NCBI GenBank assembly: GCA_963798845.1
Contig: CAWCUS010000004.1
Location: 320,001 to 384,000 of the forward strand
Direction of reading: 5' to 3'
Length of the DNA: 64,000 nt
Origin: an uncultured Gemmatimonadales bacterium
Lineage (GTDB): Bacteria; Gemmatimonadota; Gemmatimonadetes; Longimicrobiales; RSA9
Shown in pieces: positions 9,500 to 18,757 of the stretch; the stretch's first letter is position 1; each line of letters opens with the position of its first letter. The notes beneath the pieces were generated by a model, which was not told where the DNA came from, searched no databases, and worked only from the letters and a program-made list of their open reading frames with translations. The position numbers were made by a program, and so were the translations under genes.

Positions 9500-11899
9500 A
9501 TGACCGCGCTCCGCGCCGCGATCAGGGTCTTCCGCACCCGTCGACGGTTCGCGTTCTGGACCGCGGCCGCGTACGCCCTGGGCATCGCCGCCGTGACCAC
9601 CGTGTTCTCTCCGCTCGACGACGTCCTCCTCGACCCGCTGCCATGGCCGGCCTCGGGACGGGTGGTCGGAGTGTGGGAGCGCTTTCCGCAGGTGACGGAT
9701 GGCCGCATCCCCGCGGCGCCGGCGAAAGTGGCCGCCTGGCGGGGCGCCACCGACGTGTTCGATGCGGTGGCCGCGTGGCGGCTCGACGACATGGACTTTT
9801 CCGACGCCGGGGAGGGAGCCGGCGATGGCGAGCCGGAGGTCGTCCAGGTGGGGCGTGTCCAGGCCGACCTGTTCCGGCTGCTGGGCATCCGCCCCACTCA
9901 GGGCCGCGGCTTCGCGGCTGGCGAGGATGAGCCTGGTGCCGAGCACGTGGTGGTGCTCACGAACGGCTTCTGGCGCGAGCGCATGGGCGGACGTCGGGAC
10001 GTGCTTGGGCGCACGCTCCGGCTGGCGGGCGAGCCGTTCCGGATCATCGGCGTCCTGCCGCCCGACGAGGCGTTCCCGGCCGACGCCCGCCTCCTGGTTC
10101 CGCTGGCGTTCGACGCGCCGGACAGCCGGGCTGCGCACGCATACCGGGTGCTGGCCCACCTTGCGCCGGGGGTCACATTGGCCCGGGCGCAGGCCAGGGT
10201 GTCGGAGATGGCGGCGGCCGCGGCGTCGGAGTTCCCGGAGACCGACGCGGGGTGGGAGGCCGAGGTGGTCCCGCTCCGCGACCAGCTCGTGGGCGACGTG
10301 CGCGGGCTTCTCCTCCTCTTCTTCGGCGCCGGCGCCCTGGTCTTCCTGGTGGGCGGGGCCAATGGCGCCGGGCTGCTCCTGGCCCGCTCGGCCGGGCGGC
10401 GGCGGGAGCTGGCGCTCCGGGCTGCGCTGGGCGCCTCCCGGCGTCGCCTGGTGGCCGACCTCGCCGCGGAGAGCGTGCTGCTGGCAGCGGTGGGCGGCGC
10501 CGCGGGCTTCTTCCTGGCGTGGGTGGCCGCCGGGGCGATCCGGACGTGGATGCCCCTCCACGTCCCGGGCCTCGCCGGCGGCTCGTTCGACGCCACGGTC
10601 TTGGCGTTCGCCGCGGGCGCCACGCTCCTGGGCGGCCTCGCGTTCGGGCTCCTCCCCGGGCTCCAGGCTTCCGGCACCGGCCCCATGGACGCGTTGCGCG
10701 AGGGGGTCACCGGCACACCCGGGCGCGGCCGCATCCTGCGCGCGGTGGTGGTGGGCGAGGTGGCGCTGGCGGCGCTCCTGCTGGTGGGCGGCGGCCTCTT
10801 CCTCCGGAGCGCGTGGGAAGTGTCGTCCGTCGACCCCGGGTTCCGCCCGCGCGGGCTGCTCACCCTCGAGCTCCGGCCCCCGCGCTGGCGCTACGACAGC
10901 GAAGCCCGCCGCGCCGCGCTCTACCAGGACGTGCTCTCGGCCGTGCAGTCCATGCCGGGGGTCGAGTCCGCGGCGCTCACCAACTACCTGCCCCTCGGCG
11001 GGCGCTCGGACTCCTTCCGCTACCTGGTCGAGGGGCGGCCCGCGCCGGCTTCGCCGGACCTGCAGCTGACGGGCATGCGGGTGGTGAGCCCCGGCTACTT
11101 CGGAACCATGGGAATCCCGCTGGTCTCCGGTCGCGCCCTCACGCCCGGCGACCGCGCGGACGGGGAGCTCGTGGCCGTGGTGAACGGCGCCATGGCACGC
11201 GAGGTCTGGCCCGCCGGCGATGCAGTGGGCGCCCGCGTCAGCATGAACGGTCAGGAAGGCCCTTGGGTGCGCGTGGTCGGCGTGGTCGGCGACGTCCACC
11301 ACGGCGGCCTCGACGAGCCCGCCTCCCCCGAGCTCTTCGTCCCGCTGGCGCAGGAGGTGTGGCCGTTCGCAGCCCTGGTGGTCCGCGCCGGCTCCGATCC
11401 CGCCGCCCTCGCCGCCGCCGTGCGCGACGTGGTCCGCCGCGTCGACCCCGCACTGCCCATCGCCGACGTCCGCACCGGCTCCGGTCTGCTGCGCGCCGCC
11501 ACCGCCCCCTGGCGGGCCCAGGCCACCCTCGTCCTCGTTTTCGCCGCCGCCGCGCTCCTGCTCGCCATCACCGGCGTGTACGGCCTGCTGGCTTGGGTCG
11601 TGGAGCAGCGCATCCCCGAGATGGCCATCCGCCAGGCACTCGGCGCCGCCCGCCGCGACGTGCGCACCCTCGTGGCCCGCGAAGCGCTCCGCCTGGCGCT
11701 CATCGGCGCCGCCCTGGGCCTGGTCGCCGCCGCAGCGCTGTCGGCGCTCGTGCGCACGCTGCTGTTCGGCGTGCGGCCGCTGGACCCGTGGAGCTACGCC
11801 GCAGCGGCTGGGCTGCTCACCCTGGTCGCGCTCCTGGCCGCGCTCGGGCCGGCCAGGCGGGCGGCGCGGACGGAGCCCGCCTCTTCGTTGAGGGTGTAG
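9500..11899 (+). CDS. ADOP-type duplicated ABC permease (second copy)
   Basis: RELALRAALGASR, VDPGFRP, EMAIRQALGA, terminal EPASSLRV. Confidence 0.9.
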   Translation: MTALRAAIRVFRTRRRFAFWTAAAYALGIAAVTTVFSPLDDVLLDPLPWPASGRVVGVWERFPQVTDGRIPAAPAKVAAWRGATDVFDAVAAWRLDDMDFSDAGEGAGDGEPEVVQVGRVQADLFRLLGIRPTQGRGFAAGEDEPGAEHVVVLTNGFWRERMGGRRDVLGRTLRLAGEPFRIIGVLPPDEAFPADARLLVPLAFDAPDSRAAHAYRVLAHLAPGVTLARAQARVSEMAAAAASEFPETDAGWEAEVVPLRDQLVGDVRGLLLLFFGAGALVFLVGGANGAGLLLARSAGRRRELALRAALGASRRRLVADLAAESVLLAAVGGAAGFFLAWVAAGAIRTWMPLHVPGLAGGSFDATVLAFAAGATLLGGLAFGLLPGLQASGTGPMDALREGVTGTPGRGRILRAVVVGEVALAALLLVGGGLFLRSAWEVSSVDPGFRPRGLLTLELRPPRWRYDSEARRAALYQDVLSAVQSMPGVESAALTNYLPLGGRSDSFRYLVEGRPAPASPDLQLTGMRVVSPGYFGTMGIPLVSGRALTPGDRADGELVAVVNGAMAREVWPAGDAVGARVSMNGQEGPWVRVVGVVGDVHHGGLDEPASPELFVPLAQEVWPFAALVVRAGSDPAALAAAVRDVVRRVDPALPIADVRTGSGLLRAATAPWRAQATLVLVFAAAALLLAITGVYGLLAWVVEQRIPEMAIRQALGAARRDVRTLVAREALRLALIGAALGLVAAAALSALVRTLLFGVRPLDPWSYAAAAGLLTLVALLAALGPARRAARTEPASSLRV

Positions 11900-12057
11900 A
11901 CGGCGACGGCCGAATGGAGCGGCGAGGTGAGGTGCGGAAAAGCGGCTCCGCCGGGCCCGTGCCGAAGGCGCGTCCCGCGGCGGAGCAGCGTCCCGCGCCG
12001 ATGGCGTCCCGCGGCGAAGGGCACCTCTGATCCGCGATTGACGGTTCCTCTGCCGCT

Positions 12058-13149
12058 CTACATTCCCCTCCCGGACACCAGGAACATCGCGAAGCTCCCC
12101 AGCCAGTGGCCGCCCTCGTAGTGCTCCCCCGTCACCGCCGCGAGCCCGGCCCGGCGATGCGCGCGTGCCGCGGCGCGGAGGGCGGGGAGCCGGGGGTCGC
12201 CTGACGCGAGGCCGTGGGCGATCCCTTCCAGCATCCACGCCCGGCTCAGGTTCAGCCCGTCCAGGTGGGCGAGCTTCGGGTCGGATGGGTCCGTGACGAC
12301 CGCGGGGGTCAGCCATGCCCCGCCGTCGTCGCGGCGGGGGAGCGTCGGCAGGAACGTGTCGAGCCAGCGGGCGAAATCGACGGGCGTGAGCACGCGTCGA
12401 ACCAGGTCGGCCTCGGCGAGGCAGGGGGAGAGGAAGTCCTGGCCGGATGGCTCGTAGGCGAGCGGGCAGTCGCGGTCCGGGAGGTAGAGGGTCCGCACGC
12501 GCTCATCCACCAGCCGCAGCATGGCCGTGTCGGCGGCGGTCCTCGCCCAGTCGCGGACAAGCCCGAACGCGAACGCGGTCTGGGAGTGCTCGCCCGTGCG
12601 GATCGGGTTCGCCAGCTTCGGCATCCACTCCGTCAGCCGCGCCGCGGCCGCGCGCTCCAGCGGCGCCAGCTTCCGGCTCCACTCCGCCGCCTGCGGGTCG
12701 TCCCACTCCCTTAGCTCGGCGCCCAGCTGGAGCAGCCACGCCAGCCCGTACGGCCGCTCGAAGTGCGCGCGACCCTCGCCCTCGAGGTAGCGGATCTCGC
12801 CGGCGACGTGTTCCGCCGTCAGGCTCGAGTCCAGCGCCGCCCGCGCCCGCGCCGCCATCGGGCTCTCCGGCGCGAGCCGGGCCAGCCGCGCCAGCAGCCA
12901 GTGCCCGTGCACCGAGGAATGCCAGTCGTAGCACCCGTAGAACGCGGGCGTCAGCTCGCGCGGCGGGCGCGCGTCGGCGTCGCTCTGGAGCACGTGCGCG
13001 ATCTGGTTCGGGTACTCCTGGTGCACGCACGCCAGCGCCAGCTCCCCGAAGCGGGCGGCGAACGCGGAGTCGACCGCCTGGGCGGCGGCCGCCGCGGGGG
13101 CGGCGACGACGAGGGCCGCGAGGATGGCGGCGAGTCGGATGTGTCGCAT
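12058..13149 (-). CDS. DUF2891-family secreted protein
   Basis: Signal peptide; FYGCYDWHSSVHGHW, FERPYGLAW, HLDGLNLSRAW, YEGGHWLGSFA motifs. Confidence 0.85.
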   Translation of the reverse strand: MRHIRLAAILAALVVAAPAAAAAQAVDSAFAARFGELALACVHQEYPNQIAHVLQSDADARPPRELTPAFYGCYDWHSSVHGHWLLARLARLAPESPMAARARAALDSSLTAEHVAGEIRYLEGEGRAHFERPYGLAWLLQLGAELREWDDPQAAEWSRKLAPLERAAAARLTEWMPKLANPIRTGEHSQTAFAFGLVRDWARTAADTAMLRLVDERVRTLYLPDRDCPLAYEPSGQDFLSPCLAEADLVRRVLTPVDFARWLDTFLPTLPRRDDGGAWLTPAVVTDPSDPKLAHLDGLNLSRAWMLEGIAHGLASGDPRLPALRAAARAHRRAGLAAVTGEHYEGGHWLGSFAMFLVSGRGM

Positions 13150-13220
13150 GCCGGAGAGTACCCGCCGCCCCCGCCCGGGTCAAAAGCGCACCCACCCGCT
13201 GGCCGGCGAATGCATCCGCG

Positions 13221-14342
13221 TCAGAACGTGAGCCGTATCACCTCTCCCGCGCCCGGAGGAGCGCCGAAGCCGAGCACCGACACGTACAGCGCGCCATCCG
13301 GACCGAACGTCATACCGGTCGGCAGCGGAAGGTCGGACACGATCGGCTCCAACGAGCCGTCCCGCGCCACCCGCACGACGCGGCCGCTGAACGGGGGGCC
13401 CGGGAAGCACGGCGTCGTGGCCGGACACACCGTGGTGTTCTCGAGCGCGTACATTTGCCCGTCATGATCGAACGCCACCCCGACCACCGCTGTCAGGTGG
13501 CCGATCGTCTGGGGGATCTGACCGCTGGGCGTGATGTGCATGATCGTCGATACGCCCGGTATCAGAGGGAAGGTGCCCAGGTTGCCCACGTAGAAGTTGC
13601 CATGGTACGCGATCGCGGTCGGCACGATGTGGCCCATCTTCGCCGAGATGTCCACCACACGGCTCACCGCTCCTCCCGTCGTGATCCGCACCAGCTCACC
13701 GTGGTTCGGCTCCACCGCGTACAGGTCGCCCCGGACCGCGACCATGTCCCACCACGTGCCGTCGGGCTCGAAATCCTCCTCCTCCGGGTTGGCCACGGGA
13801 TGCGCCATCTGGTACGCGCTCAGATCAGCCACCATGTCCCAGCCGCCGTTCCCGTTCACCCGGATCACGCCGTTGGGGACATCCGCAATGCCGTGCGAGC
13901 AGCCCGCACCCGCCAGCAGCGCGTACAGCGTGTTCCCAATGAATTCGACATCCGCCACCCCGCTCACCAGGCTGCCCTGCAGCGGGCTCGTCTGGCTCGA
14001 CGGCAGGTTGTCCACCACCGTCACGGGCACGCCGTTCACGATCTTCGAGATCCGCGCCGTGTACCCGCCCGTGTACGGACCCACCGGCTCGACGACCTGC
14101 GGACACTGCCCCAACGTCGAGTTCGTTCCCCCCGTGCCGCCCTCCGCCACGTACAGGTACCCGTCCGGACCGAAGCTCAGCCCCCGCGGGTTGTCCAGCC
14201 CCGTCGCGTAGGTGCTCATCGACACTTCCGGCGCCTTCGCAAACAAGACGTCCGGCTCGGCCGGCTGCGTCGGCGTCGCCTCGTCGCAGCCTGCGACGGC
14301 AAACGCAAGGAACGAAACAGCAACGGCGTACGTGGTTCGCAT
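13221..14342 (-). CDS. ScyD/ScyE-family beta-propeller lipoprotein
   Basis: Lipobox-like FAVAGC; GLDNPRGLSFGPDGYLYVAEGG and PTGMTFGPDGALYVS repeats. Confidence 0.8.
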   Translation of the reverse strand: MRTTYAVAVSFLAFAVAGCDEATPTQPAEPDVLFAKAPEVSMSTYATGLDNPRGLSFGPDGYLYVAEGGTGGTNSTLGQCPQVVEPVGPYTGGYTARISKIVNGVPVTVVDNLPSSQTSPLQGSLVSGVADVEFIGNTLYALLAGAGCSHGIADVPNGVIRVNGNGGWDMVADLSAYQMAHPVANPEEEDFEPDGTWWDMVAVRGDLYAVEPNHGELVRITTGGAVSRVVDISAKMGHIVPTAIAYHGNFYVGNLGTFPLIPGVSTIMHITPSGQIPQTIGHLTAVVGVAFDHDGQMYALENTTVCPATTPCFPGPPFSGRVVRVARDGSLEPIVSDLPLPTGMTFGPDGALYVSVLGFGAPPGAGEVIRLTF

Positions 14343-14526
14343 ACGATACCTCCGTTTCTCAGGGGAATTGCGGCCCCGCCCCGGCAGCTCCCGGTCCCGG
14401 CTTCATCCGGGCCGATCGGACCAGCGCCATGGGCCGCGAGGTCTCCAGCACGAAGAAGCGGCCGGCGCCGATCCACCGCCTCCTCAGCCCGCGCCGTGGC
14501 GGGGCTACCGCCCAAACTGTGGCGCC

Positions 14527-14546
14527 GTATTGATTGCGACCAATAC
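14527..14546. promoter_or_regulatory. Probable LysR recognition site (T-N11-A palindrome)
   Basis: GTATTG-attgcgac-CAATAC inverted repeat in the AT-rich divergent intergenic region, 44 nt upstream of the lysR ATG. Confidence 0.6.
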
Positions 14547-14589
14547 AAATTCCGACTTGACTAATCACGAAACCTTATTAAATAGCGGT

Positions 14590-15579
14590 ATGGAACTTCG
14601 CCAGCTTCGCTATTTCGTGGCCGTCGCCGAGGAGCTGCATTTCGGGCGTGCGGCGGAGCGGGTGCACGTGGTGCAACCGGCGCTGAGCCAGCAGATCAAG
14701 AAGCTGGAGCGGGAGCTGGGGGTCGTGCTGCTGGCGCGGACGCGCCGGCGTGTCTCGATGACCGAGCCGGGGCGTGCGTTTCTCAAGGAGGCGCGGCGGG
14801 TGCTGAGCCACGCGGCGGCGGCGGTGGAGGCGGCGCGCCGGGCGGCGGCGGGAGAGACGGGGCGCTTGCGGCTGGGCTACGTGGACTGGGCGATCTACCT
14901 GCAGCTGCCGGAGACGCTGCGGGCGTATCGGGAGCGATATCCGGAAGTGGACCTGCAGATTGCGGAGATGGGTCGGGAGGCGCAGCAGGAGGCGTTCAGC
15001 CGGGGCGAGCTGGATGTGGGGCTGTTCGCGTACCGGGAAGGGGAAGGCGATTTCAGTTACGAACGGGTGGTGTCGGATCCGTTGATGGTGGTCCTGCCGG
15101 ATACGCATCGGGCTACGAATCAGGCGCGGGTCCGGCTGGAGACGCTGGCGGATGACCCGTGGGTGTTGTTTCCCAGGGCATTCGGGTCGCGCTACCTCGA
15201 GGTGGTCGTGGCGGCGTGCGCGGCGGCGGGGTTCGAGCCGCGGGTGGCACAGGAGGCCGGCGAGATGAACGCGCTGGCGGCGCTCGTCGGAGCGGGATTC
15301 GGAGTCACGCTGCTGCCGAGCTCGGTGGCGTTGCGGCCAATGGCGAACACCGCGGTGCGTCCGCTGGCGGGCGTCGCGCCCGAGCTGCCCCAGGACGTGG
15401 TGTGGCGGACGCACGAGCTGTCACCGACGGCGGCAGCGTTCGTTGCGCTGGTGCGTGAGCAATGGGATGCGCTGGCGCGCGAGCGGTCGGCACGGGCGGA
15501 TGATGAAGCGGCGGCCGACGTGTCGAGGGCGCTTCGCCGCGTCGGTGAGGAAGCCGGCCATTCCCGGCCGTCGCCATGA
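14590..15579 (+). CDS. LysR-family transcriptional regulator
   Basis: [47 protein letters not shown]; substrate-binding domain. Confidence 0.93.
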   Translation: MELRQLRYFVAVAEELHFGRAAERVHVVQPALSQQIKKLERELGVVLLARTRRRVSMTEPGRAFLKEARRVLSHAAAAVEAARRAAAGETGRLRLGYVDWAIYLQLPETLRAYRERYPEVDLQIAEMGREAQQEAFSRGELDVGLFAYREGEGDFSYERVVSDPLMVVLPDTHRATNQARVRLETLADDPWVLFPRAFGSRYLEVVVAACAAAGFEPRVAQEAGEMNALAALVGAGFGVTLLPSSVALRPMANTAVRPLAGVAPELPQDVVWRTHELSPTAAAFVALVREQWDALARERSARADDEAAADVSRALRRVGEEAGHSRPSP

Positions 15580-16217
15580 TCGACGTAGCGCTCATCGAGG
15601 ACAACCGCCTGGTGCGTGAAGGACTGACGACGCTGCTGAACGGCACGGGCGAGTGCCGGATAGCGGCGGCGATGGCCGAGCTGGACATCGCTGTGTTGAA
15701 GGCGGCGGACCCGCACCTCGTTCTGATCAATGTCGGTGCGGGTGACGGGAGCAGCCTGTCCATGGTCCGGATGATGACGCGCGACATCCCGACCGCCCGT
15801 GTGATCATGATGGACCTCCTGCCGGTACCCGGGGAAGTCTCCGATTTCGTGGAAGCCGGGGTGGCCGGTTTCATCATGAAGGACGCCACCCTGGAGGAAC
15901 TGGTCCACACCTTCCGTGCGGTAGCCGGCGGTCAGCGGGTGCTGCCCGACGAGCTCACGTTCACGCTCCTTGCCCGGATCGCGGACGACGCGGCAGCGCG
16001 CGGTGGCGAGCGGGTGGTCGAAGCCGTGCGGATGACGCCGCGGGAGCGGCAGGTGATCGAGCTCATCTCCGAAGGGCTGAGCAACAAGCGGATCGCTTCA
16101 CGGCTCGAGGTCGCGCCGCAGACGGTGAAGAGCCACGTCCGCAACATCATGGAGAAGCTCGCGCTCCACACGCGGCTGCAGATCGCCGCTCATGCCCGCC
16201 CGGATCCCCGTTCATGA
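15576..16217 (+). CDS. NarL/LuxR-family response regulator (atypical receiver)
   Basis: REC fold plus MTPRERQVIELISEGLSNKRIA HTH; the phosphoacceptor position reads LVLINVG (Asn). Confidence 0.9.
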   Translation: MIDVALIEDNRLVREGLTTLLNGTGECRIAAAMAELDIAVLKAADPHLVLINVGAGDGSSLSMVRMMTRDIPTARVIMMDLLPVPGEVSDFVEAGVAGFIMKDATLEELVHTFRAVAGGQRVLPDELTFTLLARIADDAAARGGERVVEAVRMTPRERQVIELISEGLSNKRIASRLEVAPQTVKSHVRNIMEKLALHTRLQIAAHARPDPRS

Positions 16218-16834
16218 CGCGGCCCATCACGGTGGTCGTGGTAGACGACAACCGCCTGCTCCGCGATGGCATCGCGAAGCTGCTCGGAGCCCAGCCGGAC
16301 ATCCGGATCGTGGGAGCCGTGGGGACCGCGGAGGAAGGGTCGGCGCTGGTCGAGCAGATGGCACCGTGCGTCGTGCTGGTGGACGCGGGGTTGGGCGAGC
16401 ACGACAGTCGCGCCTTCATAGAGCAGCTTCGGGAGACGGGTGCCGCTGCGCGCATTGTCGTAATGGGCTTCCTTCCCTCCCATGAGGATGTTCTGGAGTT
16501 CGTGGGCGCGGGAGCCTCCGGGTTCGTGCTGAAGGAGGCGAGCGTGCCCGAGGTGCTGGCCACGATCCGTGCGGTGGCGGCCGGCGAGACCGTGATCCCC
16601 ACCTACCTGGACCGGGCCCTGCTTTCCCGGATCGCGACGGCCGCTGGCCGGGCCGCGCATAGCCTGTCGGGCCTTCTGGCGCAGGAGCGGCAGGTGGTCA
16701 TGCTCATCGCGGACGGGCTGCCGAACCGGGAGATCGCCCGGCGGCTGGAGATCCCGCTCAGCGCGGTCCGCAGCCACGCCGACAACGTCCTCGAGAAGCT
16801 GGCTGTGCAGGCCCGGTCCCCGGACGTCATGTAG
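16214..16834 (+). CDS. NarL/LuxR-family response regulator
   Basis: VVDDN, VVLVDAG, GFVLKE; GLPNREIARRL HTH; ATGA-coupled. Confidence 0.9.
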   Translation: MTRPITVVVVDDNRLLRDGIAKLLGAQPDIRIVGAVGTAEEGSALVEQMAPCVVLVDAGLGEHDSRAFIEQLRETGAAARIVVMGFLPSHEDVLEFVGAGASGFVLKEASVPEVLATIRAVAAGETVIPTYLDRALLSRIATAAGRAAHSLSGLLAQERQVVMLIADGLPNREIARRLEIPLSAVRSHADNVLEKLAVQARSPDVM

Positions 16835-17054
16835 CCAACCCCGCCCGATTCTCTCATCGGTGCTCCGCCGTCCTGACGCTCTCCTCCGGTGAGGAACCGG
16901 CACGTCTACCCCATTCGAGGGATGGCCCCCCTGTACCCCATCCCGGAGATTGCACAGGGACAGGCACGCCAACACTCACGCAGAACGGCAGGATATACCG
17001 GTGAGAACCAAACGATCGGCAGTACCGGAAACGCAGAACCGCGGCGGACTCCGC

Positions 17055-17687
17055 ATGAGGCGCCTGTATTTCGGCTTCACTCTGGGGGCTCTCGTCCTCA
17101 TGCTTGCTTCCGGCTGTGCCTGGAGCAACAAGGCCAAAGGCGCCGTGATCGGTGCGGGCGCGGGTGGGGCGGCGGGGGCTGTCGTGGGCAACGCCACGGG
17201 CTCGACGGTCCGCGGCGCGATCATCGGGGCTGTGGTGGGTGGCGCCAGCGGAGCGGTCATCGGCCACCAGATGGACCAGCACGCCAAGGAGCTGGCCTAC
17301 GACCTTCCCGGCGCGCAGGTCCAACGGATCGGCGAAGGCATCGCCGTGACGTTCCCAGAGGGGCTGCTCTTCCCCTTCGATTCCGACCAGCTCCATTCGG
17401 ACGCGCGTGAGAACCTGCGGCGGTTCGCTGCAAGCCTGGTCAAGTACACGAACACGCGGACTGTCGTGGTGGGGCATACGGATTCGGACGGGAGTGAGTC
17501 GTACAATCAGGCCCTTTCGGAACGGCGTGCCCGGGCGGCAGCGGACTTCATGGCGGCCAACGGCGTGGCGGCTTCGCGCATCAGCGCGGTCGGGAGCGGC
17601 GAGACCGAGCCGATCGCGACCAACGCGACAATCGACGGTCGCAGCCAGAACCGGCGCATCGAGGTCGCGATCTTCGCCGCCAAGTAG
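17055..17687 (+). CDS. OmpA-family lipoprotein with glycine zipper
   Basis: LASGC lipobox, GAVIGAGAGG zipper, GHTDSDG..YNQALSERRA, NRRIEV. Confidence 0.92.
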   Translation: MRRLYFGFTLGALVLMLASGCAWSNKAKGAVIGAGAGGAAGAVVGNATGSTVRGAIIGAVVGGASGAVIGHQMDQHAKELAYDLPGAQVQRIGEGIAVTFPEGLLFPFDSDQLHSDARENLRRFAASLVKYTNTRTVVVGHTDSDGSESYNQALSERRARAAADFMAANGVAASRISAVGSGETEPIATNATIDGRSQNRRIEVAIFAAK

Positions 17688-17794
17688 CGCGAACCGGCTG
17701 ACCCATCCGGCGGGCGGTCGACAATCGGCCCGCCGGCGAGACACGATCCACATCGGTAGTCACCTCGGACACTGGAGCAGAAATGCACGCATCA

Positions 17795-18190
17795 ATGAAG
17801 AGACCTGTCGTCCACCTCGCCGCCCTTCTCCTGGCGCCCCTGTTCTTCATGGCCACTCCGGTCGTGGGCCAGCAGCAGGCCGGGCTCGAGTCCGCGACCC
17901 GGCCTGCGGCGACGGCCGTGGCCCCGGAGGCCTCCTCGATCGTGCCGGGCCCCACGGCCGCGTGGGCGGCCTTCGCCTTCCAGTCCGGCCAGGCGGAGAT
18001 CCTGCAGGCCATGCCAGCGAGCGCGCTGGACGACGCGTACGAGGGCCCCCAGACCCGCAACGTGGCCATGATGATCGTGGGCGCCACGGCCATGGTGGCC
18101 GGCGCCGTGATCGGCGGTGACGCCGGCACCATCATCATGATCGGGGGTGGCGCAGTCGGCATCCTCGGTCTCTGGTGGTACCTCCAGTAA
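17795..18190 (+). CDS. Hypothetical exported/membrane protein
   Basis: Signal peptide and C-terminal hydrophobic hairpin. Confidence 0.65.
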   Translation: MKRPVVHLAALLLAPLFFMATPVVGQQQAGLESATRPAATAVAPEASSIVPGPTAAWAAFAFQSGQAEILQAMPASALDDAYEGPQTRNVAMMIVGATAMVAGAVIGGDAGTIIMIGGGAVGILGLWWYLQ

Positions 18191-18387
18191 GCAGTACCGC
18201 CCGGCTCTCCGGGCGGACCTGGCGGCGGGATGTGCCCCGATCGGGCGATACCGCCGCCGGGTTCGTCCGTTACCGTCGATTCAGGACCAGCGTGTCCTGG
18301 CTCGTCTCGGCGCTCCGGCGCCGCGGACTGCTGATTCTGATCGGGAGAATGGGCGCAGTATCAATGTCGCGCCCGAGGAGTGCCAGG

Positions 18388-18705
18388 ATGAATGCACCGA
18401 CGAATGATCAGGGTGGGAAACCATCCCCGGAGGTCTCACTCTGGGCCTATGCCTACGAGCTGCTGCCGCCCCACGCGGTGCGCCGGATGCAAGCGATCCG
18501 CGCACTGCTGGAGGAAGCGAACGGCGGGGCCGCCCGGGAAGACCGCAGATGGGCCGCGCGCCTCGTCCTGGAGAACCAGGTGACGCACCTGCTCATCGTG
18601 AGTGACACGCCCGAGATGGATCCGGAAATCAACCGCCGGATCGAGGCTGCCCTGAAGGAGCTGGACGTTCGGTATTCCGTTACCCTGCCCATGCCCGTCT
18701 CGTGA
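18388..18705 (+). CDS. Hypothetical protein
   Basis: GC3-biased ORF with GAGGAG RBS; no motif recognised. Confidence 0.55.
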   Translation: MNAPTNDQGGKPSPEVSLWAYAYELLPPHAVRRMQAIRALLEEANGGAAREDRRWAARLVLENQVTHLLIVSDTPEMDPEINRRIEAALKELDVRYSVTLPMPVS

Positions 18706-18757
18706 TGCCGCCCTGGCGTCCGTCGAACTGTGCGACGAGGGGAGCCGGGTATCGCCT

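Noticed and set aside
8729..12316. Very long alternative-frame and antisense ORFs (e.g. 9263-12316 minus, 31707-33926 minus, 37626-40064 minus)
   Set aside because: Shadow ORFs caused by high GC and stop-codon scarcity; R/P/G/A-rich with no motifs, and they overlap well-supported genes.
14345..14520. Possible remnant of an earlier LysR target gene (minus strand GAGRFFVLETSRPMALVRSARMK)
   Set aside because: Too short to assign to any family by eye.
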